Shown: positions 21,227 to 31,657, numbered from the stretch's first letter. The stretch: DNA of 64,000 nucleotides from Microcystaceae cyanobacterium (GCA_041746575.1 JBGTGT010000011.1:64001-128000); one strand, 5' to 3'. The notes: generated by a model from the sequence alone, not told the origin. Numbers and translations are program-made.

Positions 21227-22204
21227 CTATGGGGAAGGATTGAGAAGCATTTGATGAAATTGTTGACGATGATCACCGTCTAAGAAGATTTGTTGTAAGG
21301 TTTGCCATTTTTGCCATTTTTTGCCCCGAATATCTGACAGTTTAGCCATAAAAGTTGGCATTTTTCGAGAAAGATTTATCTCTAAAGCCTGAAAGAGGAA
21401 TTCACCGAGAACAAAGCTATCTTGAATCTCACCCAATACGGCTTGAATATCCTTAATCTCATCGAGATACTTTTGATACGTTTCAGGATAAAATTGCGTA
21501 AATAATTCCATATTATAACGGACTCGTTTTGCTTCCTTGCGTAGATCGTGCAGGATCATTCCTTGGGTATTTAACAGTGTTTCTACATCTCTTTGCGTTA
21601 AGGGTTCGGGATGGGAAAAATTGATCCTTCCGTCTTCAATTGTTACCCCTAATAACCAAGCTGGATGAAGTAGTAAATGACTAATTTGAGGTAAGAGTAA
21701 ATCGGGCAAGATAATTGGAATATCTAAGTCAGCAATCGACGTAAAAGCTGGACAATCTAGCCAATTTTCAAATCCTTTTTTGAGATGTTCATAGGGATAA
21801 TCGGTTAGAATCGCCTTGACTTTCTTAGATGTTTTTTTGCGTTGTTTTTTGAGAGCAACTAGCGCGTTTTTCAATAAACTTTGTTCTTCTGTCGGAAGAA
21901 AAGGATAATATTGATTTTCGAGGGTTTCTTTCAGTACATCTAAATCTCTTAATTCTCCTAAGACTCTAGCTACTTTACCAACAGTTTTTTCTTTAGCATT
22001 TTTCGGCAATTTTAAGGCAGGATGAAATCCTTGAATCGCACTTCTCAAGCGACGCATTCCAACTCGCATTTGATGGAGTTCCTCAGGATTTTTGTCTTGC
22101 AAAACTTTAGTTTCATGTTTGCCAATTTTTTGATAATGCTTAGCGATGGCAATATAAGACCAATCTCCCAATGTTTTGGCCGCTTCGGCTGTATAACTAG
22201 CCAT
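21227..22204 (-). CDS. CHAD domain protein (polyphosphate-binding)
   Basis: LHQMRVGMRRLRS, RDLDV, LHDLRKEAKRVRY, LGEIQD; ATG 22204 preferred (ORF extends to 22273). Confidence 0.9.
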   Translation of the reverse strand: MASYTAEAAKTLGDWSYIAIAKHYQKIGKHETKVLQDKNPEELHQMRVGMRRLRSAIQGFHPALKLPKNAKEKTVGKVARVLGELRDLDVLKETLENQYYPFLPTEEQSLLKNALVALKKQRKKTSKKVKAILTDYPYEHLKKGFENWLDCPAFTSIADLDIPIILPDLLLPQISHLLLHPAWLLGVTIEDGRINFSHPEPLTQRDVETLLNTQGMILHDLRKEAKRVRYNMELFTQFYPETYQKYLDEIKDIQAVLGEIQDSFVLGEFLFQALEINLSRKMPTFMAKLSDIRGKKWQKWQTLQQIFLDGDHRQQFHQMLLNPSP

Positions 22205-22430
22205 CTTTCTATCCTCTGCTTGATTTCTTGTGGCGTTGATTAAAATTATCTGTGGTTGGTTGATCACGGGCATCTTGAATAGCAGTTACTGTTAATCTAA
22301 TCTTAACCGATTTTTTGAGAAAGTTAAGAGAATGTTAATTATTTATCTTCAGAAATTCTTCAATCTTATTTTCTGAAAACCGTTGCATAATTCAGGTAGA
22401 AACCAGAGGAATCCAAAGGATTGTAAATTC

Positions 22431-23423
22431 ATGTCTCAAGAAACAACCCAGTGGAGTCAAGCGGCTACCAGTATGATCGAAAATTGGTTAGATAGCAGTA
22501 ATCAAATTTGGAAGAATTGGTTTGAATTAATGGGTAACGTCCCATCTATCAACCAAAAAGATAGTTTGACGACTCCTTTTACTGAATTAAGCCAACGTTA
22601 TGTTGATAATCAACAGTTATTGTTGGGCTTTTTGCAATTGTCTTTCAAAGCATGGCAAGATATTTTTCCTCAAGTGAAAGCTGGTGAAAGTTGGCAAGAT
22701 ACCCTAATCCACTATAGCCAAAAAATGCAAAAGCAATTAGAGGAATTTTCGCAAAATACGCTAAAAACGGCTGAAGATAGACAAAAACTTTGGGGATTAT
22801 ACCTCAAAGAAGTACAACAAATCAATCAACTTTGGACAGCGTCTTTGGGGGCATTTTTTCAACCGATGAGTGGTGCGATCGCCGGAACAAGTGAACCTTG
22901 GGTTGAACTTAATAACCTCTATTGGAAACTTTTTTACGACGAATCTTTCAGTAAATACTGGCAAATGCCCTTAACTGGCCCCACACGGGAATTTAGCGGC
23001 AAATTACTCAAAGGGTTTGATGCTTGGGCAAATCTTTACCATGCGAGTCAAAATTATCAATTGCTGTTGGCTGATATTCAAGTGCATTCCTTTGAAGCCT
23101 TAATGAAGAAATTAGTGGCAATGGCAGAAAAAGGCGAAATTATTACGGATTGGCAGGATTTTCAACGCGTTTGGACATCAGTAGCCGACGCAGAATTTGA
23201 AAAAGCCTTTTGTCAAGAGAAAAATCTGAAAGTTCGGGGGCAATTTCTTAATGCTTTGAACCAATACCGCATCCAACAGCAAGATTTGCAGGAAATTTGG
23301 ATGAAAACGGTGAATATTCCCTCTCGTCGGGAAGTGGATGAAATGCACAAAACTATCTACGAACTGCGAAAAGAGGTCAAAAGCTTGAAAAAAATGCTTT
23401 CTAACCCAAGCCATGAAGATTAA
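22431..23423 (+). CDS. phaE: Class III PHA synthase subunit E
   Basis: Precedes phaC; C-terminal PSRREVDEMHKTIYELRKEVKSLKK amphipathic motif. Confidence 0.93.
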   Translation: MSQETTQWSQAATSMIENWLDSSNQIWKNWFELMGNVPSINQKDSLTTPFTELSQRYVDNQQLLLGFLQLSFKAWQDIFPQVKAGESWQDTLIHYSQKMQKQLEEFSQNTLKTAEDRQKLWGLYLKEVQQINQLWTASLGAFFQPMSGAIAGTSEPWVELNNLYWKLFYDESFSKYWQMPLTGPTREFSGKLLKGFDAWANLYHASQNYQLLLADIQVHSFEALMKKLVAMAEKGEIITDWQDFQRVWTSVADAEFEKAFCQEKNLKVRGQFLNALNQYRIQQQDLQEIWMKTVNIPSRREVDEMHKTIYELRKEVKSLKKMLSNPSHED

Positions 23424-23452
23424 TCCCTTTCGTTCTCTACAGGAAAAAAATT

Positions 23453-24544
23453 ATGTTACCTTTTCTCACTCAGATGCGTCTCGAAGATCCGACGGCTGAT
23501 TATGTCGAATTGACGGCAAAAATGCTTAAAGGAATGGAAAATTTGTCTCAGTTACGGGAAGAGGACATCAATATTGGTATTACACCCAAGGAGGTGGTTT
23601 ACCAAGAAGATAAAGTTATTCTCTATCGTTATCAATCGGATGTCGAAAAAAGCGTGTCTATTCCCCTATTAATGGTCTATGCGCTAGTCAATCGCCCTTT
23701 TATGGTAGATTTACAGGAAGGCCGTTCTTTGGTAGCGAATTTACTTAAATTAGGCATTGATATCTATCTAATCGATTGGGGCTATCCGACAAGGGGCGAT
23801 CGCTGGCTAACCTTAGATGATTATATCAATGGTTATGTCAATAATTGTGTGGATTTTATCCGAAAGCAGCATAATTTAGACAAAATTAATCTGTTAGGCA
23901 TTTGTCAAGGCGGGACATTCAGTGCTTGTTATGCTTCTATTTACCCCGGAAAAGTGAAAAATTTGATTCTTATGGTCGCGCCGATTGATTTTAATCAACC
24001 AGACTGCTTGTTAAATATGCGGGGAGGCTGTACCTTGGGTTCAGAGGCAGTTGACATTGATTTAATGGTGGATGCCATGGGTAATGTACCGGGAGACTTT
24101 CTCAATTTAGAGTTTTTAATGTTAAAACCGCAAGCACTAGGAGTGCAGAAATACGTAGATTTTCCCTTCGATGATGAAAACAGTTTAATGTTTAATTTGC
24201 GAATGGAGAAATGGATTTTTGATAGTCCCGATCAAACAGGAGAAAGTTATCGTCAATTCCTCAAAGATTTTTATCAAGAAAACAAATTAATCAATGGGGA
24301 AGTCATGATAGGAGAAAAACCTGTTGATTTAAAGAATATTACCATGCCCGTTCTTAATATTTTTGCCGAAAATGATCACCTTGTTCCCCCCGTTTCTTCC
24401 CAAGCCTTGAAACAACATATTAGTAGTAATGATTACACCAACAAAGGCTTTAAAACGGGTCACATTGGGATGTATGTCAGTGGTAAAGTCCAGAAAGATT
24501 TACCGCCAGAGATTGCAAATTGGTTGAGAAGCAGGAATGATTAA
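23453..24544 (+). CDS. phaC: Class III PHA synthase subunit C
   Basis: YALVNRP, IDWG, lipase box GICQGG, catalytic D (ENDHLV) and H (GHIG). Confidence 0.96.
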   Translation: MLPFLTQMRLEDPTADYVELTAKMLKGMENLSQLREEDINIGITPKEVVYQEDKVILYRYQSDVEKSVSIPLLMVYALVNRPFMVDLQEGRSLVANLLKLGIDIYLIDWGYPTRGDRWLTLDDYINGYVNNCVDFIRKQHNLDKINLLGICQGGTFSACYASIYPGKVKNLILMVAPIDFNQPDCLLNMRGGCTLGSEAVDIDLMVDAMGNVPGDFLNLEFLMLKPQALGVQKYVDFPFDDENSLMFNLRMEKWIFDSPDQTGESYRQFLKDFYQENKLINGEVMIGEKPVDLKNITMPVLNIFAENDHLVPPVSSQALKQHISSNDYTNKGFKTGHIGMYVSGKVQKDLPPEIANWLRSRND

Positions 24545-24558
24545 TTAATCATTAAAAT

Positions 24559-24584
24559 GGGGGGTGTCGCTTCACCCTCTTTTT
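24559..24584 (+). terminator. Rho-independent terminator after phaC
   Basis: GGGGGTG-tcgctt-CACCCTC followed by T6. Confidence 0.65.
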
Positions 24585-24652
24585 TAGGCGGTCATCGCCG
24601 TTTAAATGGTACAATTATTGAGAGTCATTATGAATTTCATTTTAGGTCAATT

Positions 24653-24862
24653 ATGTTTTTAGATGAATTACAGCCGGTTTTCAAAGAACTTCTCCAACAA
24701 CCCATGGCTTTTACGGGAGGATTGGTATCTGGCTTATTGCGTCTTAAATTATCGGAAGATCCCCTTAAAAGTTGGTTACAGCAACAAGGATTAACCCATT
24801 TTACCTATAACGATCCAGATTCAGGCAACGGTAGTGGCCCTCAATCCATTTCTATCGATTAG
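24653..24862 (+). CDS. Conserved small protein (UPF0426-like)
   Basis: QPMAFTGGLVSGLLRL.L.EDPLK.WL...GPQSISID; ATG 24653. Confidence 0.7.
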   Translation: MFLDELQPVFKELLQQPMAFTGGLVSGLLRLKLSEDPLKSWLQQQGLTHFTYNDPDSGNGSGPQSISID

Positions 24863-24869
24863 GGTTTGA

Positions 24870-24893
24870 TAGGCGCAAACCTGCGCCCCTACA
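24870..24893. repeat. GTAG-type REP-like hairpin
   Basis: GGCGCA-aacc-TGCGCCCCTAC between convergent genes; degenerate copy GGGGCAAGGCTTGCGCCC near 59819-59836. Confidence 0.55.
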
Positions 24894-24903
24894 CGAATGA
24901 GAC

Positions 24904-25884
24904 TTAATATAAACTAGCGACATATTTTCCATAGCCATTGAAAGGCATTGTTTCTTTGATTTTCCAAGATAAACTATCTCCTTGACCGATAAATCTTTCG
25001 GTGGCTTGTGACCAACGGGGATGAGGTTTATTGGGGTTAACATTTGCCTCAAAACCATATTCGTTGGGTGCCAAAATATTCCAATACGTGGCGGGTTGTT
25101 TATCTAAAAATTCAATTTTGACAATGGATTTTGCCCCTTTAAATCCATATTTCCAAGGAATTACCATGCGCAAAGGTGCGCCATGTTGTTTTGGCAGGCG
25201 ATGACCATAAATTCCCACTGCAAAAAAAGCTAAATCATTAGCCATTTCCTCAATTCTTAATGCTTCCTGATAAGGCCAAGGCAATTTTCCTAGATGAAAA
25301 CTGGGTCCTGTCGTGATTTTTGGATCATAAAATGAGGTAAAGCGGACAAATTTTGCCTGTGAAGTGGGTTCAACTGCTTTTATTAAGGCTTTCATAGGAA
25401 ACCCCACCCAGGGTAATACCATTGACCATGCTTCTACACAACGAAAACGATAAATTCTTTCTTCGATTGGAAAGGTTTGAATTAAAGTATCTAAATCATA
25501 AGTTTTCGGATATTTAACTAATCCTGCCACCTTAACTTGCCAAGGTTGAGTAGGCAATTTTTGGGCATTCATCCAAATATCTTTTGTGCCACCAAATTCA
25601 TAAAAATTATTATATTGTCCTGCCAATTTTTCAGCAGTAATGGGACGATCTGATACGTTGAAATTGGGATTTTTTCGTAAATTATTAAATTTAGGTAAAT
25701 TGAGCGTTTTTTCTAAGGGAGTTTGCGATACCGTCGTTTGACATCCAGTTAGGGTTAATAAACTTCCGCCAATACTGGCACCCAATAATCCTTTTAAAAA
25801 TTGTCGTCGCTGAAAATAAATAGATTCTGCGGTTACATTATTCTCAGAAATTTGCCAAGGGGGAGCAATACGAATTAAAGTCAT
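24904..25884 (-). CDS. msrP: Protein-methionine-sulfoxide reductase catalytic subunit
   Basis: Tat RRQFL; YNNFYEFG, RFRCVEAWS, PWKYGFK, HPRWSQATER. Confidence 0.95.
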   Translation of the reverse strand: MTLIRIAPPWQISENNVTAESIYFQRRQFLKGLLGASIGGSLLTLTGCQTTVSQTPLEKTLNLPKFNNLRKNPNFNVSDRPITAEKLAGQYNNFYEFGGTKDIWMNAQKLPTQPWQVKVAGLVKYPKTYDLDTLIQTFPIEERIYRFRCVEAWSMVLPWVGFPMKALIKAVEPTSQAKFVRFTSFYDPKITTGPSFHLGKLPWPYQEALRIEEMANDLAFFAVGIYGHRLPKQHGAPLRMVIPWKYGFKGAKSIVKIEFLDKQPATYWNILAPNEYGFEANVNPNKPHPRWSQATERFIGQGDSLSWKIKETMPFNGYGKYVASLY

Positions 25885-25960
25885 GGTATTTGAGAAAACG
25901 AAATGTTATTTTTATGATTATAGCAATTCTTCTACCGAAAGAAAACAAGAAACCGATAAT

Positions 25961-26179
25961 TTATTGCTGACTAAAAAGTTCTTGAAGAGTTTGAGGGATC
26001 TGAATAATGGCTTGCCAAAGCTGTTGAGAATTAATGCCAAAGGCGATTTGTAAAACTAAAATAATCAACGCAATTTTTAAGGCGGTTCCTACACTGGTTT
26101 TAATGATTTTAATCAATCCCGTAAAGATTAGCCAAGCCACTAAAATAGCCGCTAAAATTATAATGATTTGAATAGACAT
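25961..26179 (-). CDS. Small hypothetical membrane protein
   Basis: 72 aa, two TM helices. Confidence 0.7.
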   Translation of the reverse strand: MSIQIIIILAAILVAWLIFTGLIKIIKTSVGTALKIALIILVLQIAFGINSQQLWQAIIQIPQTLQELFSQQ

Positions 26180-26388
26180 CTTTTACAGTTCAGTCATTGA
26201 AAGTTCAATTTATTATTATAGATAGCATTACGATTTAAGATTAGGAGCCTCTAAATTTCTCAACGCCTGTTATCGAGAGAGTGAGCATTATTCATTCTGC
26301 GTTTTGCATCACTAAGCTTTTTTGAGGAAACACTTTGATATTATATAAGAAGCGAAAAGCCTCTCTTCATGGTCAAAAATGAAGCCTT

Positions 26389-27372
26389 ATGTTGCAATTT
26401 CAAATTCATCCCGAAAGTGAGATTCCTGCCTCAAAACAACTGCTAGATCAATTGCGCTTTGCCATCGCCTCCCGTCAATATCCCCCCGGTCACCGTCTTC
26501 CCAGTACCCGTCAGTTGGCAATGATCACGGGACTCCATCGTAATACAATTAGTAAAGTCTATCAACAATTGGAAGAACAAGGATTGGTAGAATCTATTGC
26601 TGGATCAGGTATTTATGTGAAACTTCAAGGCAATGAAAGTGGTTTAAGTCAAAGTTCGCCTCTTTCTCAAGATTATCCCGACGCACAGCAAATTATTCAA
26701 AAAAGCATAGATGATCTTATTGCGCAAGGCCTAAATTTGTCCCAAGTTCAAGAACTCATTTTGGCAGAGGTTGAATGGCGATTACGGTGTAGCGCACAAG
26801 TGTTAGTGACTGTCCCCCAAAAAGATATGGGAGCAGGAGAACTGATCTTAAAAGAATTGGAGCAAGCTATAGCTGTTCCTGTTCAATTAGTTCCCTTAGA
26901 AGAATTATCCCAAATTTTATCTAAAACTCAATCGGGAACTGTGGTGACGAGTCGTTATTTTATGCAACAAGCAGAAGCGATCGCCGCTCCTTACGGCATA
27001 CGGTCAATTTCTATTGATATTCACGATTATAGTCAAGAAATCGAGCAAATTAAACATTTACCCCAAGATACTCGCTTAGGCATCGTCAGTTTAAGTGCAG
27101 GAATTCTCGGTATTGCTGAAATTCTCATTCAAAGTCTGCGAGGCGATGATTTACTGATTATGACCGCACAAACGGGGGAAAGTGAGAAATTAAAGGCCTT
27201 AGTTAAGTCTAGTCATGTTATTATCAGTGATTCTGCTAGCTATCCTGTTGTCCAGAAAACCCTAACCCACGTCAGAGAAGACTTAATTCGTCCCCCTCAA
27301 GTTCTATGCAGTGAAAGTTATATTGGCGAAAAATCCATTGCCCTTCTCAAACGAGAACTCGGACTCGGTTGA
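26389..27372 (+). CDS. plmA: GntR-family regulator, PlmA subfamily
   Basis: SEIPAS.QL, GHRLPSTRQLA..TGLHRNTISKVY wHTH; cyanobacterial C-terminal domain ending LLKRELGL. Confidence 0.85.
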   Translation: MLQFQIHPESEIPASKQLLDQLRFAIASRQYPPGHRLPSTRQLAMITGLHRNTISKVYQQLEEQGLVESIAGSGIYVKLQGNESGLSQSSPLSQDYPDAQQIIQKSIDDLIAQGLNLSQVQELILAEVEWRLRCSAQVLVTVPQKDMGAGELILKELEQAIAVPVQLVPLEELSQILSKTQSGTVVTSRYFMQQAEAIAAPYGIRSISIDIHDYSQEIEQIKHLPQDTRLGIVSLSAGILGIAEILIQSLRGDDLLIMTAQTGESEKLKALVKSSHVIISDSASYPVVQKTLTHVREDLIRPPQVLCSESYIGEKSIALLKRELGLG

Positions 27373-27452
27373 ACTCTCTCTTAGAAACTAACGTGACCAA
27401 GCCCTATTTGTTGTAAAGTCTTTAAAGTAAGCGTTTAGGAAATGATTGAACT

Positions 27453-28178
27453 ATGAGCGTTACCCGTCGTCACTTTCTACAGTTTTTGAGCGTCACTACA
27501 AGTGCAACAGCGATGGGGGTCTTCTCTCCCCTTAATTCTTTGGCGTTTGCCGAAGAAACTCCTTTTACCATGATTCCGCTTCCTTATAACTATAAGGCAC
27601 TCGAACCCTATATTGATGGGGAAACCATGCAATTTCACTACGGCAAACACTATGCGAGCTATACCAAAAACTTAAACACAGCGATTAATCAGTATCCTCA
27701 ACTCAAATCCCAAAGCATCGACAACTTATTAGCGAATTTGAAGCAAATTCCCTCAGATATTAAAATGACTGTCCGCAATAACGGCGGAGGTTATGCCAAT
27801 CATACGTTATTCTGGCAAATTATGTCCCCCGACGGTGGAGGTGAGCCGAAAGGGGAGATTGCCTCAGCGATTCAAAAGACATTTGGCAGTTTTGAAGCGT
27901 TTCAAGATCAATTTACGCAAGCCGGCTCTTCTCGTTTTGGAAGCGGTTGGGTTTGGTTGGTTCTCAATAAAAAAGGGCAATTAGAAATAATGACAACCCA
28001 GAATCAAGATAGTCCTCTGAGTAAGGGGTTTTATCCCCTTATGGGCAATGATGTTTGGGAACACGCTTATTACTTGAAATATCGCAATAATCGAGGAGAA
28101 TATCTAAAACAGTGGTGGAATGTGGTTAATTGGGATGAAGTTAACCGACGCTATTTAACAGTTATCAATAAAAAATAA
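27453..28178 (+). CDS. sodA: Superoxide dismutase (probably Mn) with Tat signal
   Basis: TRRHFL; HYGKH, NNGGGYANH, DVWEHAYY. Confidence 0.88.
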   Translation: MSVTRRHFLQFLSVTTSATAMGVFSPLNSLAFAEETPFTMIPLPYNYKALEPYIDGETMQFHYGKHYASYTKNLNTAINQYPQLKSQSIDNLLANLKQIPSDIKMTVRNNGGGYANHTLFWQIMSPDGGGEPKGEIASAIQKTFGSFEAFQDQFTQAGSSRFGSGWVWLVLNKKGQLEIMTTQNQDSPLSKGFYPLMGNDVWEHAYYLKYRNNRGEYLKQWWNVVNWDEVNRRYLTVINKK

Positions 28179-28232
28179 ACAATTAATAGTAAACAATAAT
28201 AACATTAATTTTATTCAATAAAGGAGTAGAAA

Positions 28233-29135
28233 TTGACCCCTTTAACAGCTCAAAAAACAGACAATAAAAAACAATGGTTGGCCGCAATTAAGCTTCCTAT
28301 GTACACGGTAGCAGTAACCCCAATTACGGTAGGGACTGCCCTTGCATTTAGGGATACCCAATCCTTTAAAAGTGTTATCTTTGCTACCTTTTTGTTCTCT
28401 GCTATTTGTATTATTGCTTGGCTCAATATTAGTAATGACGTGTTTGATGCGGAGACAGGAATTGATGTTAATAAACCTCATTCTGTGGTGAATTTAACAG
28501 GAAATAAATCTCTAATGTTTTGGTTAGGCAATGTTTTTCTTCTATTAGGAATTCTCGGCATTATTCTGATTGATTGGTGGTTAAAAGATGGGACAGTTTT
28601 AGGTATTGTTCTGTTGTGTTGTGCCTTGGGATATAGTTATCAGGGGCCTCCCTTTCGGTTGGGATATCAAGGATTAGGCGAAATAATTTGCTTTATTTGT
28701 TTTGGACCCCTAGCGATCGCTGCGGCCTATTATTCCCAAACTCAAGCTCTCGATCCTTCTATTTTGGCAACAGGAACATTCATGGGAATTAGTACTTCAA
28801 TTATCCTTTTTTGCTCCCATTTCCATCAAGTCAAAGAAGATTTGGCGGCAGGAAAAAAATCTCCCATTGTGCGTCTAGGGACGAAACGGGGATCTCAGGT
28901 GTTAACGCTATCAACTCTTAGTTTATATGGATTAACAATTCTTTTTGTTATCTTGAAAGTATTCCCTCTGGGCACGTTACTCATTTTCTTCAGTTTTCCC
29001 TTTGCTTGGCAACTTATTCGTCATGTTCAAGCCAACTATGACCAACCTGATTTAGTCAGAAACTGTAAATTTATTGCCGTTAATTTGCATTTTGTCAGTG
29101 GAATGTTATTGGCATTGGGATTAATTTGGATTTAG
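28233..29135 (+). CDS. menA: DHNA phytyltransferase
   Basis: AAIKLPMY.VA, NDVFD..TGID.NK, YQGPPFRLGY. Confidence 0.9.
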   Translation: MTPLTAQKTDNKKQWLAAIKLPMYTVAVTPITVGTALAFRDTQSFKSVIFATFLFSAICIIAWLNISNDVFDAETGIDVNKPHSVVNLTGNKSLMFWLGNVFLLLGILGIILIDWWLKDGTVLGIVLLCCALGYSYQGPPFRLGYQGLGEIICFICFGPLAIAAAYYSQTQALDPSILATGTFMGISTSIILFCSHFHQVKEDLAAGKKSPIVRLGTKRGSQVLTLSTLSLYGLTILFVILKVFPLGTLLIFFSFPFAWQLIRHVQANYDQPDLVRNCKFIAVNLHFVSGMLLALGLIWI

Positions 29136-29156
29136 AATTTTAAACTTGACTGATCG

Positions 29157-30137
29157 TCAATTTCCGACGCCTTGACGCTGTTGCTGTTGCATGATGGAAT
29201 CTAAACCAAAGAAATTTTCTGCCATTTTTGCGCCAAAATCATTCACTTTTTGTTGAATTTGATCTAAAAACTCATGCAAGCCAAACTCGATAATATCATC
29301 TATGGTGGTATAACCCAGTTCGCCGCATAACCGTCCTAGAGACCGTTCAGCCGCATTATGCCAAATCCCTAGAGGCGTTCCCGTGATTTCATGAAGCGAT
29401 CGCTGAACTTGTAACAGGCAAAAATAGATAGAACGAGGAAATTCACGGTTCAAAATCAAGAATTCTGCTACACAATTTGGTGTAATCCGTCGCTGACATT
29501 TGCGATACATTTCATAAGCACTGGCTGAACGCAACAAAGCAATCCATTGAACTTGGTCAAGGGGTGTACCAATCCATTCGGCTGAAGGAAGCAGATAGTA
29601 ATACTTTACATCGAGAATACGGGCAGTTTTATCGGCTCTTTCCTGTAAACGTCCTAATTCACCGAAATGCCATCCCTCATTGTGGGTCATTGTTGCATCC
29701 ATTACCCCGGCAAAGCGATGACTAGATAGTTTGACTTGGGTAAAAAAATGAGGTAACGTCTTTGGGGGACGGTGATTAGCCGCCTCTATGACCATCAGAT
29801 AAAAGGCATTGACCTGTTCCCACATTTCTGAGGAAATAATTTCCCGAATCGAACGAGCATTTTCTCTGGCTTTTTGCAGGCAAGAAAGGATAGAATTTGA
29901 ATATTCTGGGTCAAAGGTGAGAAATTGAATAACGTTGTCGGGCTTTGCTTCCCCATAGCGTTTTTTAAATAGCTCTAAGTCCCCCGTTGTCCATACTAAG
30001 GGATCCCACTGTTGGGTGACTCGTTGGGGCAAGTCTAGCATTAAATTGAGATTGACATCAACGAAACGGGCTACATTATCGGCTCTTTCAATATAACGAT
30101 TTAACCAGTAAATGGAAGCAGCAACACGACTTAACAT
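29157..30137 (-). CDS. Alpha-E domain protein (DUF403)
   Basis: MLSRVA.SIYWLNRYIERA, ARENAR.IRE.ISSEMWE, ERAD.TAR, FPRS. Confidence 0.9.
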   Translation of the reverse strand: MLSRVAASIYWLNRYIERADNVARFVDVNLNLMLDLPQRVTQQWDPLVWTTGDLELFKKRYGEAKPDNVIQFLTFDPEYSNSILSCLQKARENARSIREIISSEMWEQVNAFYLMVIEAANHRPPKTLPHFFTQVKLSSHRFAGVMDATMTHNEGWHFGELGRLQERADKTARILDVKYYYLLPSAEWIGTPLDQVQWIALLRSASAYEMYRKCQRRITPNCVAEFLILNREFPRSIYFCLLQVQRSLHEITGTPLGIWHNAAERSLGRLCGELGYTTIDDIIEFGLHEFLDQIQQKVNDFGAKMAENFFGLDSIMQQQQRQGVGN

Positions 30138-30836
30138 ATAAGGGAATAAAGAATTATTGAAAATGAATACTTACGGTTATTATAAACATTCAGTTAAGCT
30201 TTGAGTGGTTAATATCCGTCACAATTCTACCTTTCCCTCGAATATAAAACTGTTTCATCCTTGAGACGATGCAAAAATAGCAAAACGAAAGGTTTTTCAA
30301 TTGAGACTTTGTTTATCCTAAGTTTCTGATTTTGTCAAATGTTAGTTCTCGTGTTCTTAATAAAAAGATAAACTTTTTTCTTAAAAAAAGATTAAATTTA
30401 GGTAAATTTAAGATTATCTTCTTTTTGAATAACGACGTTATGGGGGTTTTGCGTTTCGCTCAATATTTGCAAAGAGTTCTCCAATTATGAAAATATAGCA
30501 AATCCCTGAAAAGATTGCAACTTCGTAGACAAATAGAAATTATTCTCAATTAATGCTTAAGCGAATCTTAAATTTTAAGATTTGTTAAATCAGAAATATA
30601 AAATTTTCTTTATAAACTAATTAACAAAACTTATCTTAAAAAACAAACTGAGTTATTCTGATTTTTGGGCTTAATTTGTTGATTTATTGAATTTTTTATT
30701 TATCTTCCAATAGAATGAGCTTGAATTCTTCTATTTGATAGATGAGAAAATACACCCCAAAAATTAGGATAAAAAGGTGATAAATAAAATCACGACTCCA
30801 TCAACCTCCATCAACAAATTTGAGGAAAAGTCCTTA

Positions 30837-31025
30837 ATGAGTATTTTAATGGAAATGTCTAGTGCTGCGGCAACTTCCCATTTTCCCGTATCGGCAACGC
30901 TCGTTTTAGTTGTGGGATTTATTGCTGCTACCGTCATCGGTTCAATTGCGTGGTTCAACTCTAAGCGTCCCCTTGGCTGGAAAGACAAAGAACGCCCAGA
31001 CTATGTCCCTGATATTGATAAATAA
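30837..31025 (+). CDS. psb35: Small single-TM protein, probably PSII assembly factor Psb35
   Basis: HFP...VGFIAA..IGSIAW.NSKRP.GW..KERP pattern; GAGG SD before ATG 30837; identity from recall. Confidence 0.6.
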   Translation: MSILMEMSSAAATSHFPVSATLVLVVGFIAATVIGSIAWFNSKRPLGWKDKERPDYVPDIDK

Positions 31026-31106
31026 AGTCGAAAATCCCTCTATTGCTAGAATCACTTTTGCTAAAAAACTTAAACTTAACAATTAATAAGGAGGAACGAA
31101 CCCATT

Positions 31107-31418
31107 ATGTCTACCCAAAATAAAAATAACACCGAGTACGATCCCCATATCGTCCCAGCCGAAACTGCCGCCAGGATGGAAAGAGAAGGAAAGGACTTTA
31201 AAGAAATCCCTGTCCGTGAAACGGAAGGCACGTTAGACAGTACTAGCGGTTATACAATGGATAAAGAAGGCTTGTTAAATAACTATCCTATCGAACCTGA
31301 AATGTACGTCAACGAACCCGGTGACATGAAGGAACAAGAGGAAGCCGAAAAAGCAGAACGAGCCTTAGAATTGAAGGAAATTAACGAAGAGGGCGGAAAA
31401 GGTCCTGGTATCATCTAA
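31107..31418 (+). CDS. Acidic hypothetical protein
   Basis: SD AGGAGG; IVPAETAAR, GYT.D.EGLLNNY.IEPEMY conserved-looking blocks. Confidence 0.8.
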   Translation: MSTQNKNNTEYDPHIVPAETAARMEREGKDFKEIPVRETEGTLDSTSGYTMDKEGLLNNYPIEPEMYVNEPGDMKEQEEAEKAERALELKEINEEGGKGPGII

Positions 31419-31570
31419 CTTAACGGGTAGCCTTTAGGCATAAAGTGCTTTAAAAGTTGAAGAACGAACCCTCTTCCCTCCAAAGATTTCAACTCTTTAT
31501 CTTTTCTACTGCATTGAGTTACATTACTCCTCTCTAACCTAAGTCTGTATTGATTTGATTCATGAGTTCA

Positions 31571-31598
31571 AGCCTAGCCTCAACGCTAGGTTTTTTTT
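31571..31598 (+). terminator. Rho-independent terminator
   Basis: CCTAGC-ctcaac-GCTAGG followed by T8. Confidence 0.75.
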
Positions 31599-31657
31599 GT
31601 CTTCAATGATTGGGAAAATGATCTATAGTGTCAATAGGGATAATTAAAATCTCCGCA

